Shown here: piece after piece, positions 16,117 to 25,938 of the stretch | Layout of the letters: each line of letters begins with the position of its first letter | How positions within the stretch are numbered: position 1 is the first letter of the stretch | Source: a bacterium | GTDB lineage: Bacteria; Patescibacteriota; Microgenomatia; Daviesbacterales; UBA10151 | Direction of reading: 5' to 3' | Assembly (NCBI GenBank): GCA_021786105.1 | Contig: JAJYNW010000007.1 | Location: 1-27,510 of the forward strand | DNA: 27,510 nt | Translations under genes and position numbers: made by a program | The notes under the pieces: generated by a model | What the model saw: the letters and a program-made list of their open reading frames with translations, nothing else | Database searches by the model: none | Told to the model about the DNA's origin: nothing

Positions 16117-16715
16117 ACAGTCTTTTCGATCACTCGGTATAAGATTATTCCGAGGGACACCATAACATTTAAGCTAATATTGACCCCAAACATGGGAATT
16201 TCTACAATCGCATCCACCATCTCCAGCACTTCTTTGGAGACTCCATAGCTTTCGTGCCCCACTACCAAAGCTATTGGCAATTTGTATTCAAATTTATCAT
16301 AAGGGACTGATGCAGCACTCTGTTCTATTGCGACCACCATCCCTTTCCTGTCATTCCGAGCTTGCGAGGAATCTCTAGATTTAATCTTGAGATCCTTCGT
16401 CGAAGACTCCTCAGGATGACAATTCCATAAACTTCGTACTTTCTCAATCGCCTCTACCGCCGTCTCGCAATATTCCCACTCTACCCACTCAGTGGTATTA
16501 ATAGAAGCTTTTTTAATCCGGGGATTAGGTGGAGTTTCTGTCCCACCACACAAGTAAACCTTTTTAGCAGCTACCGCATCAGCCAGTCTAAAAATAGAAC
16601 CTATATTATAGGTATCCAAAACATTATCCAAAACAATATAAATCTCCTGCTTACCTACCGCAGGCTGCCGCTCATCCCTTGTCCATTTTCTTAATTGCTT
16701 AGCATTTAACTTCAT
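16113..16715 (-). CDS. TrmH/SpoU-family (SPOUT) RNA 2'-O-methyltransferase
   Basis: VLDNV...NIGSIFRLADA, VVGHESYGV and EIPMFG..ISLNV motifs. Start 16715 is preferred over 16760. Confidence 0.92.
   Translation of the reverse strand: MKLNAKQLRKWTRDERQPAVGKQEIYIVLDNVLDTYNIGSIFRLADAVAAKKVYLCGGTETPPNPRIKKASINTTEWVEWEYCETAVEAIEKVRSLWNCHPEESSTKDLKIKSRDSSQARNDRKGMVVAIEQSAASVPYDKFEYKLPIALVVGHESYGVSKEVLEMVDAIVEIPMFGVNISLNVMVSLGIILYRVIEKTV
16349..16421. repeat. REP/RPE-like palindromic element inserted in frame in the TrmH gene
   Basis: TGTCATTCC...GGATGACA termini; encodes CHPEESSTKDLKIKSRDSSQARND. Confidence 0.85.
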
Positions 16716-16740
16716 AAGCCTAATATGATATAACAAAATT

Positions 16741-17313
16741 ATGGTTAAAAAAACTGCCAAGCACTTGAAAAAGGTTGCACAGTTGACTTACCATAAACAC
16801 GTGGACCCAAATTTAAGCCCCAAACCAAATACTGCTGACTCCGCCGATTCTTCAACCAAACTCAAGTCTTACCTGTTGCCGGCTTTAATATTTGTTTTAG
16901 TTTTAACCATAGGGGCAGCCACCATTTACCGTTGGCAAAACCTCTCATCTCCCTCCTCGCAACCTGCTAAATCCCCTACTGAAACCCAACAGCCTACTAC
17001 CCGTTTCATTAATGGCCATATCACCATTATTAACCAAAACTACCTGGTTATAAAAGACGATAAAAACAAATCTCTCCGGGTTGACCTAAGCCTACCCACC
17101 AAAATTAAGATTATTTCTACCGACGTTCCAAAATCCCGGGAACCCTCTGCTTCTCCTTCCGCCAAAGGAACCTCTACTTCCATCACTAAACCCAGCTATG
17201 TTTCCGAACCGACTAACGCCCTTACTGCCGACCTTAAACAGGGTGATGCTGTTACTTTTATTTCCCAAACCTTTAACGGCGTTACCACACAGGAAATAAC
17301 CGTCATCAGATGA
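16741..17313 (+). CDS. Single-TM hypothetical protein with a small beta domain
   Basis: TM segment LLPALIFVLVLTIGAATI; Ser/Pro/Thr linker; ATGA overlap with the next gene. Confidence 0.75.
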   Translation: MVKKTAKHLKKVAQLTYHKHVDPNLSPKPNTADSADSSTKLKSYLLPALIFVLVLTIGAATIYRWQNLSSPSSQPAKSPTETQQPTTRFINGHITIINQNYLVIKDDKNKSLRVDLSLPTKIKIISTDVPKSREPSASPSAKGTSTSITKPSYVSEPTNALTADLKQGDAVTFISQTFNGVTTQEITVIR

Positions 17314-19181
17314 AAAAATATACTTTTGGAATTGTGTTTTTAATCTTTTTTGTCTTCATCTCTCCCCGGCTGGCCCATGCCCAAAATATTCTCCTAAACG
17401 GCGGCATGGAAGATCCCTGGTATGCCACCGGCGACCCCAATTACGATAACAACCCGAATTCCTGGACTAAATGGGGCAGCAATAACCGGATGCGGGAGAC
17501 TTACACCAAAATCTCCGGTTGCTGCAGCGACAAGATGAGCGGAGGCGACGGCGGTCATTACCAAACTATGAATGTCATTGTCGGAGCCACCTACAACATT
17601 ACCGGATACAGCCTGAGAGCCTACGACTTAAGTGCGGATACTATCGGTGTTCAATTTGGCTCGGGAAGCGTTGCCTGGTATGACCTTTACGGATACGATA
17701 CCAATATTGGTTCCTGGTACAACTTTAATATTACCACCGGGGCAGCCACTGCCTCAACAATGACATTCTACGTCCGCGGGCACAATAATCCCTACGCAGG
17801 TAATACAAGTACCCCAAACGACGTGTACTTTGAGAATATCAGCGTCGTCAAAGCTGCCGATCCGGCCACCATCCCCTTAACCTGCACCATTTCCGGACCC
17901 ACTAGGATGGGCACAAATAGCCAGGATACATTCACCGCCACCACCGGCGACAGCCGGGTTAAAACTATAGAAATATACTACAATTACGGTAATACTAATT
18001 TAGGGAGCGACTATCACAAGATTGCCACCTGCCACTCATTCCCCTGTACTGCCACCTTTGACTCTTCCGCGGTACCGGCCGGCACCACTCCGGTCTGGCT
18101 GCTCTGCAATGCCTATGTATCCTCTTCCGACGATCCTTTACATGACCCGGCCAATACACCGATTAATACCACCAATGCCTGTACCGGTAACCCCAATTAC
18201 ACTCCTGTCTATACCCAACAGGCTGGCTGGTCTGGTTGTGGGAATCCCAGCCATATGCAGGTTTCCTTAGTCTCCCAAATTACTGGAACAGCAGGTTCTT
18301 GTCCGATACCCGGTACAACTGCTACATTGTCTTGGAACGGAGTTCCTTGGGCTACCTATTATGCTGTTCGGGCTTATGATACTGCCTATGGCTGGAATGG
18401 CCAATGTAACAGCAGTATGCTCACCGGCAGCACTTGTACTACTGACGCCGCCAGCCCTTTCACTTTCACCAGTGCCCAAAATCAAGCTAGTCTAGTTGGT
18501 CACACCTACGGCTGGTGGATACACGCCTGCGACAGCAACGGCTGCATTGAGCCGGTGGGCGGTCCGGTTTTTACCTGTACCGCTGCCGCCACCCCCACCA
18601 TAGGGGGATTAACAATCGAACCTGACACAAGCCGGGGTGGGGTGGTCGGGACAACTTATGGAGTAAGCGGCTTAACCTCGCAATCAGGCCAAGGCGGAAA
18701 CAATTATTTCAACACTCTCGCAATTACCCAAAACATAAACAACGGAACAAATGCCGCCCTTTCCGGAGTAGCCCTTGTTAGTAACACTGCTTCACCCACT
18801 AATTTATCCAGCCTGATGACTGCCGCTGATGCCGGTAATGGTTTTGTCTTGCTCTATGCCCGTTATGCGGAAACCGTGGCTGGTTACTCCTTTGCCGCCG
18901 GGAATTATTATGCTTATTACAAAGGAGGTTGGCAACAAATCTCGCTTAATAACGATCAATACTACCCCACCAGCTCATCCCCTTATGAATTAAGGATTAC
19001 ACCAAAAGGAGGAGGGCCTTCGGGCGTACCCCAATTTTCCGTCACTTTTTATAAAAATATGGGTGGTCATACCTGGAAAACCTATGGCTATGTGTATGAT
19101 TACTACTACAATACGGAAACAGCTACCTCTGAAAGAGCCTGCGGGGCCGGCATTAACGTACCAACGTCACAATGTTACTGA
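17310..19181 (+). CDS. Secreted multidomain protein (CBM4/9-like N-terminal domain, Cys-rich Ig/Fn3-like modules)
   Basis: Signal peptide ending AHA; NILLNGGME...DVYFENISV CBM-like pattern; rich in Cys, Trp and Tyr. Confidence 0.7.
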   Translation: MKKYTFGIVFLIFFVFISPRLAHAQNILLNGGMEDPWYATGDPNYDNNPNSWTKWGSNNRMRETYTKISGCCSDKMSGGDGGHYQTMNVIVGATYNITGYSLRAYDLSADTIGVQFGSGSVAWYDLYGYDTNIGSWYNFNITTGAATASTMTFYVRGHNNPYAGNTSTPNDVYFENISVVKAADPATIPLTCTISGPTRMGTNSQDTFTATTGDSRVKTIEIYYNYGNTNLGSDYHKIATCHSFPCTATFDSSAVPAGTTPVWLLCNAYVSSSDDPLHDPANTPINTTNACTGNPNYTPVYTQQAGWSGCGNPSHMQVSLVSQITGTAGSCPIPGTTATLSWNGVPWATYYAVRAYDTAYGWNGQCNSSMLTGSTCTTDAASPFTFTSAQNQASLVGHTYGWWIHACDSNGCIEPVGGPVFTCTAAATPTIGGLTIEPDTSRGGVVGTTYGVSGLTSQSGQGGNNYFNTLAITQNINNGTNAALSGVALVSNTASPTNLSSLMTAADAGNGFVLLYARYAETVAGYSFAAGNYYAYYKGGWQQISLNNDQYYPTSSSPYELRITPKGGGPSGVPQFSVTFYKNMGGHTWKTYGYVYDYYYNTETATSERACGAGINVPTSQCY

Positions 19182-21037
19182 TGATTTTGGATAACAACCG
19201 GAAGATATAATCTATAAGTCGGTGTTACTATTGGGGTAGGTGTTGGCAAAATCAAGGGCGCTCCCAATCCTCCATCGGTATAGTAAATATTATAATTTCC
19301 ATCCACAAAAGCTTTTACGGAAGAAGTACCTTCAATACCAAATCTAAGCTCATAGCCCTCTTGATTATTCATTTTCATCCTCAACATATCTTGCTGACGG
19401 CCCATTCCCGATCGTTTATAAGGCTCAATATCAAGACAAACACCATCTTCAATACTGCCAAAAATTGCCCTGGAGCTACCATCTAAAGTGGAAGAACGAC
19501 CGCCGGCAAATCTGGTCTTTTTATTACCTTGCGTATCAACTAGCACATCAACACCTGTAATTGATAAAGTTCCATTACCGTAATTCATCAAACCTTTACC
19601 ATCACATTGATTGGCATAATAGAATTCAGTGGCAGTCCCATCCAAAGGATTGTTAATATCAAAATCATAAAGGGTGTTTCTGATGAAGTTGCTGGCGGTA
19701 ACCCGTAGTTTGCCATTAGTATCAGTATAAACACCGGTTCCGGACAAATAACCTAAATTAATCAAAGTTCCATCAGTCAGCAAGGTTTGAGTAATAATTC
19801 TGGCAGAACCAATGTTTGTATCATAATTAATGGTGGAAACAGCCAAACCATATTGCAAATATCGATTGGAAACCACGGTGGCGGTATGATTATTGGTATC
19901 CAAAGCGATCATATCCAAATTTTGCAGAGCTCCCACGCTCATATTTACCGGCGTAATTGTGGGAATATTTGTAGCCTGAATGGTGGCAGTTTTGTTAATC
20001 GGATCAACTTTGGCCATAAATTGATTAACAACTCCTTCGCTTTCAATGGTAGTCCCAAAAAAATCTCTATCAGTAAAACGGACCAAATCTGAAGGGATAC
20101 CGCTAAGATCAGAAGGTACCGCAACCTCCTGCCAGTGTCTTCCGGCATCAAAGGAAGCGTACATCTTAGTCTTTTGATACATTGGATCTGATAATCCCCC
20201 GGCAAATAAGGTATTGCCGTCAGAGGAAGAAATTAGCGAAGTAACATTCCCGGGCAACTGGGAAATAGGCACAAATTTAGGAGGATATGTTCCAGTGTTA
20301 GGATCCCGAACAGCCTCATAATATATATTGTTATCTAAAATAACCCGTTGTTTAATTGTGTTGCCGCTGGCATCCTCAACATAATCGCGGGCGGTGATTT
20401 TAATATTGGCCGCCCTTAGTTCCTCCTCGGTCATACACGGGCCAAACTGGTGATCCGTACATTCGTCTTGTGGCACCGCCGCTTCCGCACTTGAGCCTGC
20501 CAGCCTGGCATTAATAGATTGCAGCAATTCAGAGTAGGCTTTTTGGGAGGTTTGAAAATCCGCCGGTAAAACCTGTCCCACAGCCATAGTTGCCGCCACA
20601 GCTCCCCCTACAGCCAAAGCCGTACCCTTCATGCTTCTGGAAGAAACTGTTTGAGCTTTTAGCTCATCTTGAGAAGCTGGTCCTGGTTGATTTAGCCATG
20701 GCATGGTATCTTCATCAATAATAAGCCGTCGGGCCTTAGCTTTTGACCTCTCTACATGCTCCAAAGCCCGATCCAGTGCAGTCGGCTTACTCAACTCAAC
20801 TGTATAACCTTGGGCTAAAAGAGTTGCTATTATCCCGGCCATCTCCTGCCCACTTCCCACTCTTTTTACAGGTAAACCCAAAGCTTTTTCTTGTTGTTGA
20901 ACTATACGCTCCCGTAAGTCTAAAGGATTGTTAAATTGCGGAATTTTGAAAAAAGGAGTGATCCCTCTTAATAGAGGCAATCTTGAAGCGCCTGTTAAAT
21001 TCTGACCACCCAATTCAGGGTTTCCAGTTAATGACAT
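19175..21037 (-). CDS. Hypothetical exported beta-propeller-like protein with an Asp-box and a C-terminal PT-linker/YLPVV tail
   Basis: YASFDAGRHW Asp-box; hydrophobic ALAVGGAVAATMAVG; ends PTPTPIVTPTYRLYLPVVIQNHQ. Start 21037 is preferred because a promoter overlaps the upstream ATG. Confidence 0.7.
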   Translation of the reverse strand: MSLTGNPELGGQNLTGASRLPLLRGITPFFKIPQFNNPLDLRERIVQQQEKALGLPVKRVGSGQEMAGIIATLLAQGYTVELSKPTALDRALEHVERSKAKARRLIIDEDTMPWLNQPGPASQDELKAQTVSSRSMKGTALAVGGAVAATMAVGQVLPADFQTSQKAYSELLQSINARLAGSSAEAAVPQDECTDHQFGPCMTEEELRAANIKITARDYVEDASGNTIKQRVILDNNIYYEAVRDPNTGTYPPKFVPISQLPGNVTSLISSSDGNTLFAGGLSDPMYQKTKMYASFDAGRHWQEVAVPSDLSGIPSDLVRFTDRDFFGTTIESEGVVNQFMAKVDPINKTATIQATNIPTITPVNMSVGALQNLDMIALDTNNHTATVVSNRYLQYGLAVSTINYDTNIGSARIITQTLLTDGTLINLGYLSGTGVYTDTNGKLRVTASNFIRNTLYDFDINNPLDGTATEFYYANQCDGKGLMNYGNGTLSITGVDVLVDTQGNKKTRFAGGRSSTLDGSSRAIFGSIEDGVCLDIEPYKRSGMGRQQDMLRMKMNNQEGYELRFGIEGTSSVKAFVDGNYNIYYTDGGLGAPLILPTPTPIVTPTYRLYLPVVIQNHQ

Positions 21038-21115
21038 ATAAATACCCTGCTCGGTATTATCATTGTCCTTAGATAACAAAGTTATTGCAGGATTACACTT
21101 TCTAAGTGTAATCCT

Positions 21116-21144
21116 ATAGTACCATAATATGCACAAGAAGTCAA
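21116..21144 (-). promoter_or_regulatory. sigma70 promoter with an adjacent 12-bp inverted repeat (21089-21115)
   Basis: TTGACT-17 bp-TACTAT, with TG upstream of the -10 box. Confidence 0.7.
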
Positions 21145-21210
21145 GTTTGTAAATTCCCTAAAACTTTTATGGGGCAATTAAGGTAACTATTCACCATTAC
21201 TGACATAAAA

Positions 21211-21268
21211 TGTCATCCTGAACTTGTTTCAGGATCTATATAGATGCTGAAATGAATTCAGCATGACA
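21211..21268. repeat. Intergenic REP/RPE-like palindromic element
   Basis: TGTCAT-CCTGAA-CTTGT-TTCAGG-ATCTATATAGAT-GCTGAA-ATGAA-TTCAGC-ATGACA. Confidence 0.8.
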
Positions 21269-21328
21269 AATCATGTCAAGACTTGTGAACTGTTATAAAT
21301 TCAGAGTGGACTTGCAAAATAAATTCCA

Positions 21329-21859
21329 ATGCTGCAATATGGAATTAGTATGCGCTGCCAAAGAAGACGTCTTTTTGTCCTCGTCTTTATCACCTTTTTT
21401 GTTGTTATTCTATATCCTGCCCCTACCCATGCTGGCTGGATTTTTGATACCACCGTCCCCTCTTGCGGCGTTAGCCCCATCGCCTCAGGCGCTAATACTG
21501 TTCAATTGGGATTTCACGCCTTTACAGTTTGGGCGAGCGATCTAGCCGGCATTGCCTCACTCAGCGTTAGTAACACGACACCTTTACCAACACCTTTACC
21601 TGCACCAGTCACTTCCCCCGCTACCTGTCCCTATGGCAGCTGCACTTATCAAACACAAACATATAATTGGACCACACCGCCACCCATAGGCAGCTATAAT
21701 TTGGCAATCACTGCCATTGACAATGCCGGGAATCCCGGCACTGCCACTTCCTGCCCGCCTTTCAGTTTTACTATTACCAATACATTCCAACCCTGGTTAA
21801 AAACCACTGGGGGCGATGTTCATTCCAATACCGGAATATCTGCATCTGGAGGACCGTGA
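21329..21859 (+). CDS. Small secreted Ig-like domain protein ending in a PW..TGGDVHSN motif
   Basis: Signal peptide (..PTHA); GSYNLAITAIDNAGN Ig-like pattern. The true start may be 21350. Confidence 0.7.
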   Translation: MLQYGISMRCQRRRLFVLVFITFFVVILYPAPTHAGWIFDTTVPSCGVSPIASGANTVQLGFHAFTVWASDLAGIASLSVSNTTPLPTPLPAPVTSPATCPYGSCTYQTQTYNWTTPPPIGSYNLAITAIDNAGNPGTATSCPPFSFTITNTFQPWLKTTGGDVHSNTGISASGGP

Positions 21860-21894
21860 TTGACATTTACTGATAACTACGTCTTAATTAAATT

Positions 21895-23898
21895 ATGCAG
21901 CTTTCAAAATCTAAATTAATACACAAAACAGCAGTTTTAGGATTATCCTTAGTAATTGCTTTGGGAGGAGTTTCCTTAATTGATAAAAAGTTTCATCTAT
22001 TTACTACTGCTCAACAAATAGCAGGTGAGGTTGCCGGAGTAGCTATCGTTAATGCTAATAAATTCTTAAGCGTCGGCTTGGCAGGTGCCGCTGGCTCTAC
22101 CGCCTATCAAAATGTTGATGGGAATGTAGGAATTTCCGGAGTAATAACAGATAGCTGGGATTCTACTATCAATGGTTATACCCAACAACTCTTTTTAAAA
22201 AGGCTGCAGAGCGGTTCATTTGACGGCTCATCAATATCGATGGATGTGGGGATGGGCCAGGGACTGGCTAATTTAGTGGGCGGGGCTTCGATCAACTCGG
22301 CTGGCAATGGCTATAACTACAATGGCACTAGAGGAGCCAGCAGGATTGAGTTGGGAGATGGAGCTCTATATTTCTTTACTGGCGCTCTGGGTGGCAGCAG
22401 CGGACAAGCAGCAGGCACAGCAGTAACTTGGAGCAATGGCGGCAATCCTGCCATGTCGATTAACAATAGCGGTAATGTTGGGATTGGGACAATAAGTCCA
22501 GGAGGGCCATTGGATGTTAATGGCCGGGCCAGCGCTACCAGCCTTAAGGTGGCTAGCAGTTTTACAGATCTGATTAATAATTCCCCTTGGTATGGTATCG
22601 GGGTACCAAATTTTACTGATCCTTGGGGTAATTCTCCGGTTCAGGTAGCTGGGTATGGCGGAGTACACCTTCAATCCGCTGGTGTAACCCTAACGGTTGC
22701 CTCTACAACCGGGGTCGGTATTGGCACCAGAAGTCCTGGCGCCAAATTAGAAGTACATTCCGATAACGACTCTAGTCAAGGAATAAAAATATCCAATACT
22801 GGCTATGACAGCGCTGGCTGGGTTGGCGAACCTTATCATGGCAGCCTTTATGCATCAGGGAATGCTTATTGGAATGGTTCTTCTTGGCAAAAATATAACG
22901 GCGGCCAAAGCACTTCCCTGCTAGCCGTCATTGGAGACAATTACGCCCAAATGGTCTGGTGCGCTGGTTTTAGCACTGAAGCTGCTAATTCTGATTGCGA
23001 AGTCCGGTTCCAACATAACGCTGCCGCCGTCTTTGAGCACGGCACCACCACTGCCACCGTTGATGTTGCCGAATATTATCCAATTACCGACCAAAGCCGT
23101 CTTGATCAAGCAGAAGGTGATATTGTAGAAGCTCAAAATGGTTTGAATGTTTCTGTTAAAAGGTCTAACCAGCCATACACTCAATCCTTAATCGGTATTG
23201 TTTCCACCAAACCAGGCCTAATCTTAGGTAATGAGGATGCCAAGGATTTAGGCGAACTACCTGATCCTAATAACCCAAATGCTACCCCTCCTCCCACCAA
23301 AAATCCCCCTAATGCTAAACCAGTAGCTTTAGCCGGAAGAATTCCCACCAAAGTTACCTCCTTAAACGGGAATATTAATCCCGGCGATTCCATTACCTCC
23401 TCTACTCTTTTTGGTATTGGAATGAAAGCTACTAAACCTGGGGCTGTGGTAGCTAAAGCTTTAGAATCTACCGAGAATTGGAACGAACAAAACTGTCCAA
23501 CCGTCCCCTCCCTAGATTCCATTAACTGGCCAACCGATGATGGAACCAATCCCAATCATCCTTGTTTTAGACTCTCTGACGGAACTTATGTCGGCAAGAT
23601 TATGGCTTTGGTTAATGTTTCCTGGTATGACCCTAATGTTAACTTAACTTCCACTGCTGGGTTTTCTCTTAATTTGGATCAGCTTTATGATACCTTTGGT
23701 AATTTAGTTAGTAGAGTTGGGGCATTTGGAAAGTTAATTGTGGGTAAGATTGAGGCAGGAATTGTGGAAACCCAAAAGTTAATTGTTAATGGAGTAGATA
23801 TATTGGAGAGGTTAAATAGTTTATCCCAAAAAGTTGATTCTCAACAAAAAGAAATTGATTCACTGAAAAACGAAATACAGCAACTTAAAACCCAGTAA
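21895..23898 (+). CDS. Membrane-anchored trimeric fibre-like protein with a C-terminal chaperone-like (peptidase G2/IMC-type) region and coiled coil
   Basis: GNVGIGT.SP...LDV repeats; DVAEYY...GIVSTKPG...PVALAGRIP...GDSITSS...GMKA...KALE; terminal QQKEIDSLKNEIQQLK. Confidence 0.7.
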   Translation: MQLSKSKLIHKTAVLGLSLVIALGGVSLIDKKFHLFTTAQQIAGEVAGVAIVNANKFLSVGLAGAAGSTAYQNVDGNVGISGVITDSWDSTINGYTQQLFLKRLQSGSFDGSSISMDVGMGQGLANLVGGASINSAGNGYNYNGTRGASRIELGDGALYFFTGALGGSSGQAAGTAVTWSNGGNPAMSINNSGNVGIGTISPGGPLDVNGRASATSLKVASSFTDLINNSPWYGIGVPNFTDPWGNSPVQVAGYGGVHLQSAGVTLTVASTTGVGIGTRSPGAKLEVHSDNDSSQGIKISNTGYDSAGWVGEPYHGSLYASGNAYWNGSSWQKYNGGQSTSLLAVIGDNYAQMVWCAGFSTEAANSDCEVRFQHNAAAVFEHGTTTATVDVAEYYPITDQSRLDQAEGDIVEAQNGLNVSVKRSNQPYTQSLIGIVSTKPGLILGNEDAKDLGELPDPNNPNATPPPTKNPPNAKPVALAGRIPTKVTSLNGNINPGDSITSSTLFGIGMKATKPGAVVAKALESTENWNEQNCPTVPSLDSINWPTDDGTNPNHPCFRLSDGTYVGKIMALVNVSWYDPNVNLTSTAGFSLNLDQLYDTFGNLVSRVGAFGKLIVGKIEAGIVETQKLIVNGVDILERLNSLSQKVDSQQKEIDSLKNEIQQLKTQ

Positions 23899-23899
23899 C

Positions 23900-25045
23900 A
23901 TGTCTAATGGCAAGCTCCCCTTTTCAATAATTGCTTTTTGTTTAATAATAGCCGGTGCCACCCTAGCTATATTTGATCCAAAGCTGGTTATAGCGGAGAT
24001 TGCCACCACCACAGACTGGATTGGGTTATTCCGTTCCGGCAGCAGCGGCCAAGCCAACTGCGGAAATAATGGGGCCACCAGTTGTGACAAAAAAACCGGC
24101 ACTGTAAACGGTAACAGCTGGGTTTATGCCAATAGCTGCACTCAAAGCCCGGGCCCGGTTCCCATGTTTGACAGAAGTGGTATCCCCCCCAATCCATCGC
24201 CCTGCACTTTCACTGTCAGCCCCCCGCCCGTTCCAGGCAACTACGAGTACCGCATGTATGCCAACGATCAGGAAACTACTGATGCTTTAATCGACACATC
24301 AATAATTGTCACAGTGCAAAGTGCCGCTGCCGGTGCCCCCTGTCCAGTTCAAAGCCCCAATCCTCGGGCGGAAGGTCTGATCAGTGCGCCAACTATTTCC
24401 AATAATTTCGGCAATCCCGCTGGCCAATGCGTGATTTCCAGTCAGGCTGCCTTTGCACCTTATAAAATCCCTAATTATGCAACTCTCAAATCACTCTATT
24501 ATACCCAATCAAAACTTACTAAAACCACAATCACAAGCTTACCTGCAAGCTTTTCTGGAAATGGAATATACAACGCCCCTGCAGCTGTAACAATCCCTTC
24601 TCCGTCATATACTCCAACAGGCACCGGCACGGAAGTAATCTTTATGGATGCTGACTTAAACATCAATGGCGATATTATTTATCATACAAACGACGGAAAT
24701 GGGGGCCTGGTTTTTGTAGTGTCTGGAAACGTCTATATTGATAAATCAGTTACGCAAATTGATGCCGTCATCATTTCTTCAGGAACCATCTATACTGCCT
24801 ATAACCCGACGGTAGACCCACCATCAACCTGCATTAGCCCAAATTTAGTTAATGTAGGCGCAAGCACAAACGCCCTTACCATTAACGGCAGTTTAATTAG
24901 TCTGGACCCAGGTTCGATCATGTTCTGCCGCCGTCTAACTGATAACTCAAACCCGGCAGAAATAATTAACCAGCAGGCAAAATACCTGGTTCTTTTAAGG
25001 GATTTGTATTCTGATACTTCAGAAAAATGGTCAGAGATTCAATAG
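23900..25045 (+). CDS. Exported protein with an Ig-like domain and a C-terminal beta-helix-like domain
   Basis: N-terminal hydrophobic helix; DWIGLF...GNYEYRMYAND; GLVFVVSGNVYID..VTQIDAVII...LTINGSLI...PAE...WSEIQ. Confidence 0.7.
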   Translation: MSNGKLPFSIIAFCLIIAGATLAIFDPKLVIAEIATTTDWIGLFRSGSSGQANCGNNGATSCDKKTGTVNGNSWVYANSCTQSPGPVPMFDRSGIPPNPSPCTFTVSPPPVPGNYEYRMYANDQETTDALIDTSIIVTVQSAAAGAPCPVQSPNPRAEGLISAPTISNNFGNPAGQCVISSQAAFAPYKIPNYATLKSLYYTQSKLTKTTITSLPASFSGNGIYNAPAAVTIPSPSYTPTGTGTEVIFMDADLNINGDIIYHTNDGNGGLVFVVSGNVYIDKSVTQIDAVIISSGTIYTAYNPTVDPPSTCISPNLVNVGASTNALTINGSLISLDPGSIMFCRRLTDNSNPAEIINQQAKYLVLLRDLYSDTSEKWSEIQ

Positions 25046-25122
25046 TAGCTATCAGTCTTCAGCTATCAGCTTTCAGACTTTCTTGCAATTGTCTGACGAC
25101 TGATGACTGAAAGCTGACGACT
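25045..25122. repeat. 78-bp heptamer-periodic palindromic repeat, copy 2
   Basis: Fills the gap between two convergent stop codons; 3 mismatches to 13165-13242. Confidence 0.92.
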
Positions 25123-25861
25123 ATTTACCAAAATTCCGCTTTTGGTTTTGGTACCACAAAATGGCTTTTTTAAATTCATTTTTATCAAAATCCGGCCATA
25201 AAGTATCGGTAAAATAGAGTTCAGAATAAGCACTTTGCCAAAGCAAAAAGTTTGACAATCTGTACTTACCGCCGGTTCTGATCATCAGTTCCGGATCAGG
25301 TTGGTCATCAGTATATAAATATTTCCGCAGCTGCTTCTCGCTTACTGATTTCGGAGATATTTTTGATTTAATCATATCTTGAATAGCCAGCAGAATCTCT
25401 CTTTTGCCGCCATAGTTAAAGGCAATATTAAGTTTTAAGACCGGATTTTTAACGCGTTTTTTTCCAATCTCTTTGATAATTTGCTTAACAAAACTGGGTA
25501 GTCCGACCGGCTCTCCCAATACTTCAATCTCAATCCCCTCTTCCATCATCTTTTTTAATTTAGTCAAATAAATCTTTCTTAGTAAATTAAATAAACCCAG
25601 CACTTCCCGTTTACTGCGTTCTTTAACGTTCTCTGTAGACAGAGCATAAACGGTCACAATTTTTACTCCTAATGCCTTAGCCGTCTCAACAGTTTGCTCT
25701 AAATTGTTGTAACCTACTTCGTGCCCTTTATGCTCGGATAACTTTCTTTCCCTAGCCCAACGGCGGTTTCCATCCATGATGATGGCGACGTGGCTGGGAA
25801 TATTGTTTTTTAGATCCAATTTATTGGATCGCAAGCTTCGCTTATCAATTTTTGCTGCCAT
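25121..25861 (-). CDS. uppS: Undecaprenyl diphosphate synthase (cis-prenyltransferase)
   Basis: HVAIIMDGNRRWA, YALSTEN, NYGGKREI and IRTGG..RLSNFLLWQSAYSELYF motifs. ATG 25861 follows TTGATT-17-TAAAAT. Confidence 0.96.
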   Translation of the reverse strand: MAAKIDKRSLRSNKLDLKNNIPSHVAIIMDGNRRWARERKLSEHKGHEVGYNNLEQTVETAKALGVKIVTVYALSTENVKERSKREVLGLFNLLRKIYLTKLKKMMEEGIEIEVLGEPVGLPSFVKQIIKEIGKKRVKNPVLKLNIAFNYGGKREILLAIQDMIKSKISPKSVSEKQLRKYLYTDDQPDPELMIRTGGKYRLSNFLLWQSAYSELYFTDTLWPDFDKNEFKKAILWYQNQKRNFGK

Positions 25862-25938
25862 ATTGTTCAGAATTTTAGCTGAAGCAGGATCAAGAATCAA
25901 CCAAGAAAGTCTTGATTTGTTTTGCTATACTATTTGTC

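Noticed and set aside
21895-23898. Prophage, suggested by the tail-fibre-like protein
   Set aside because: The protein has an N-terminal membrane anchor, and there are no capsid, terminase, integrase or lysis genes nearby.
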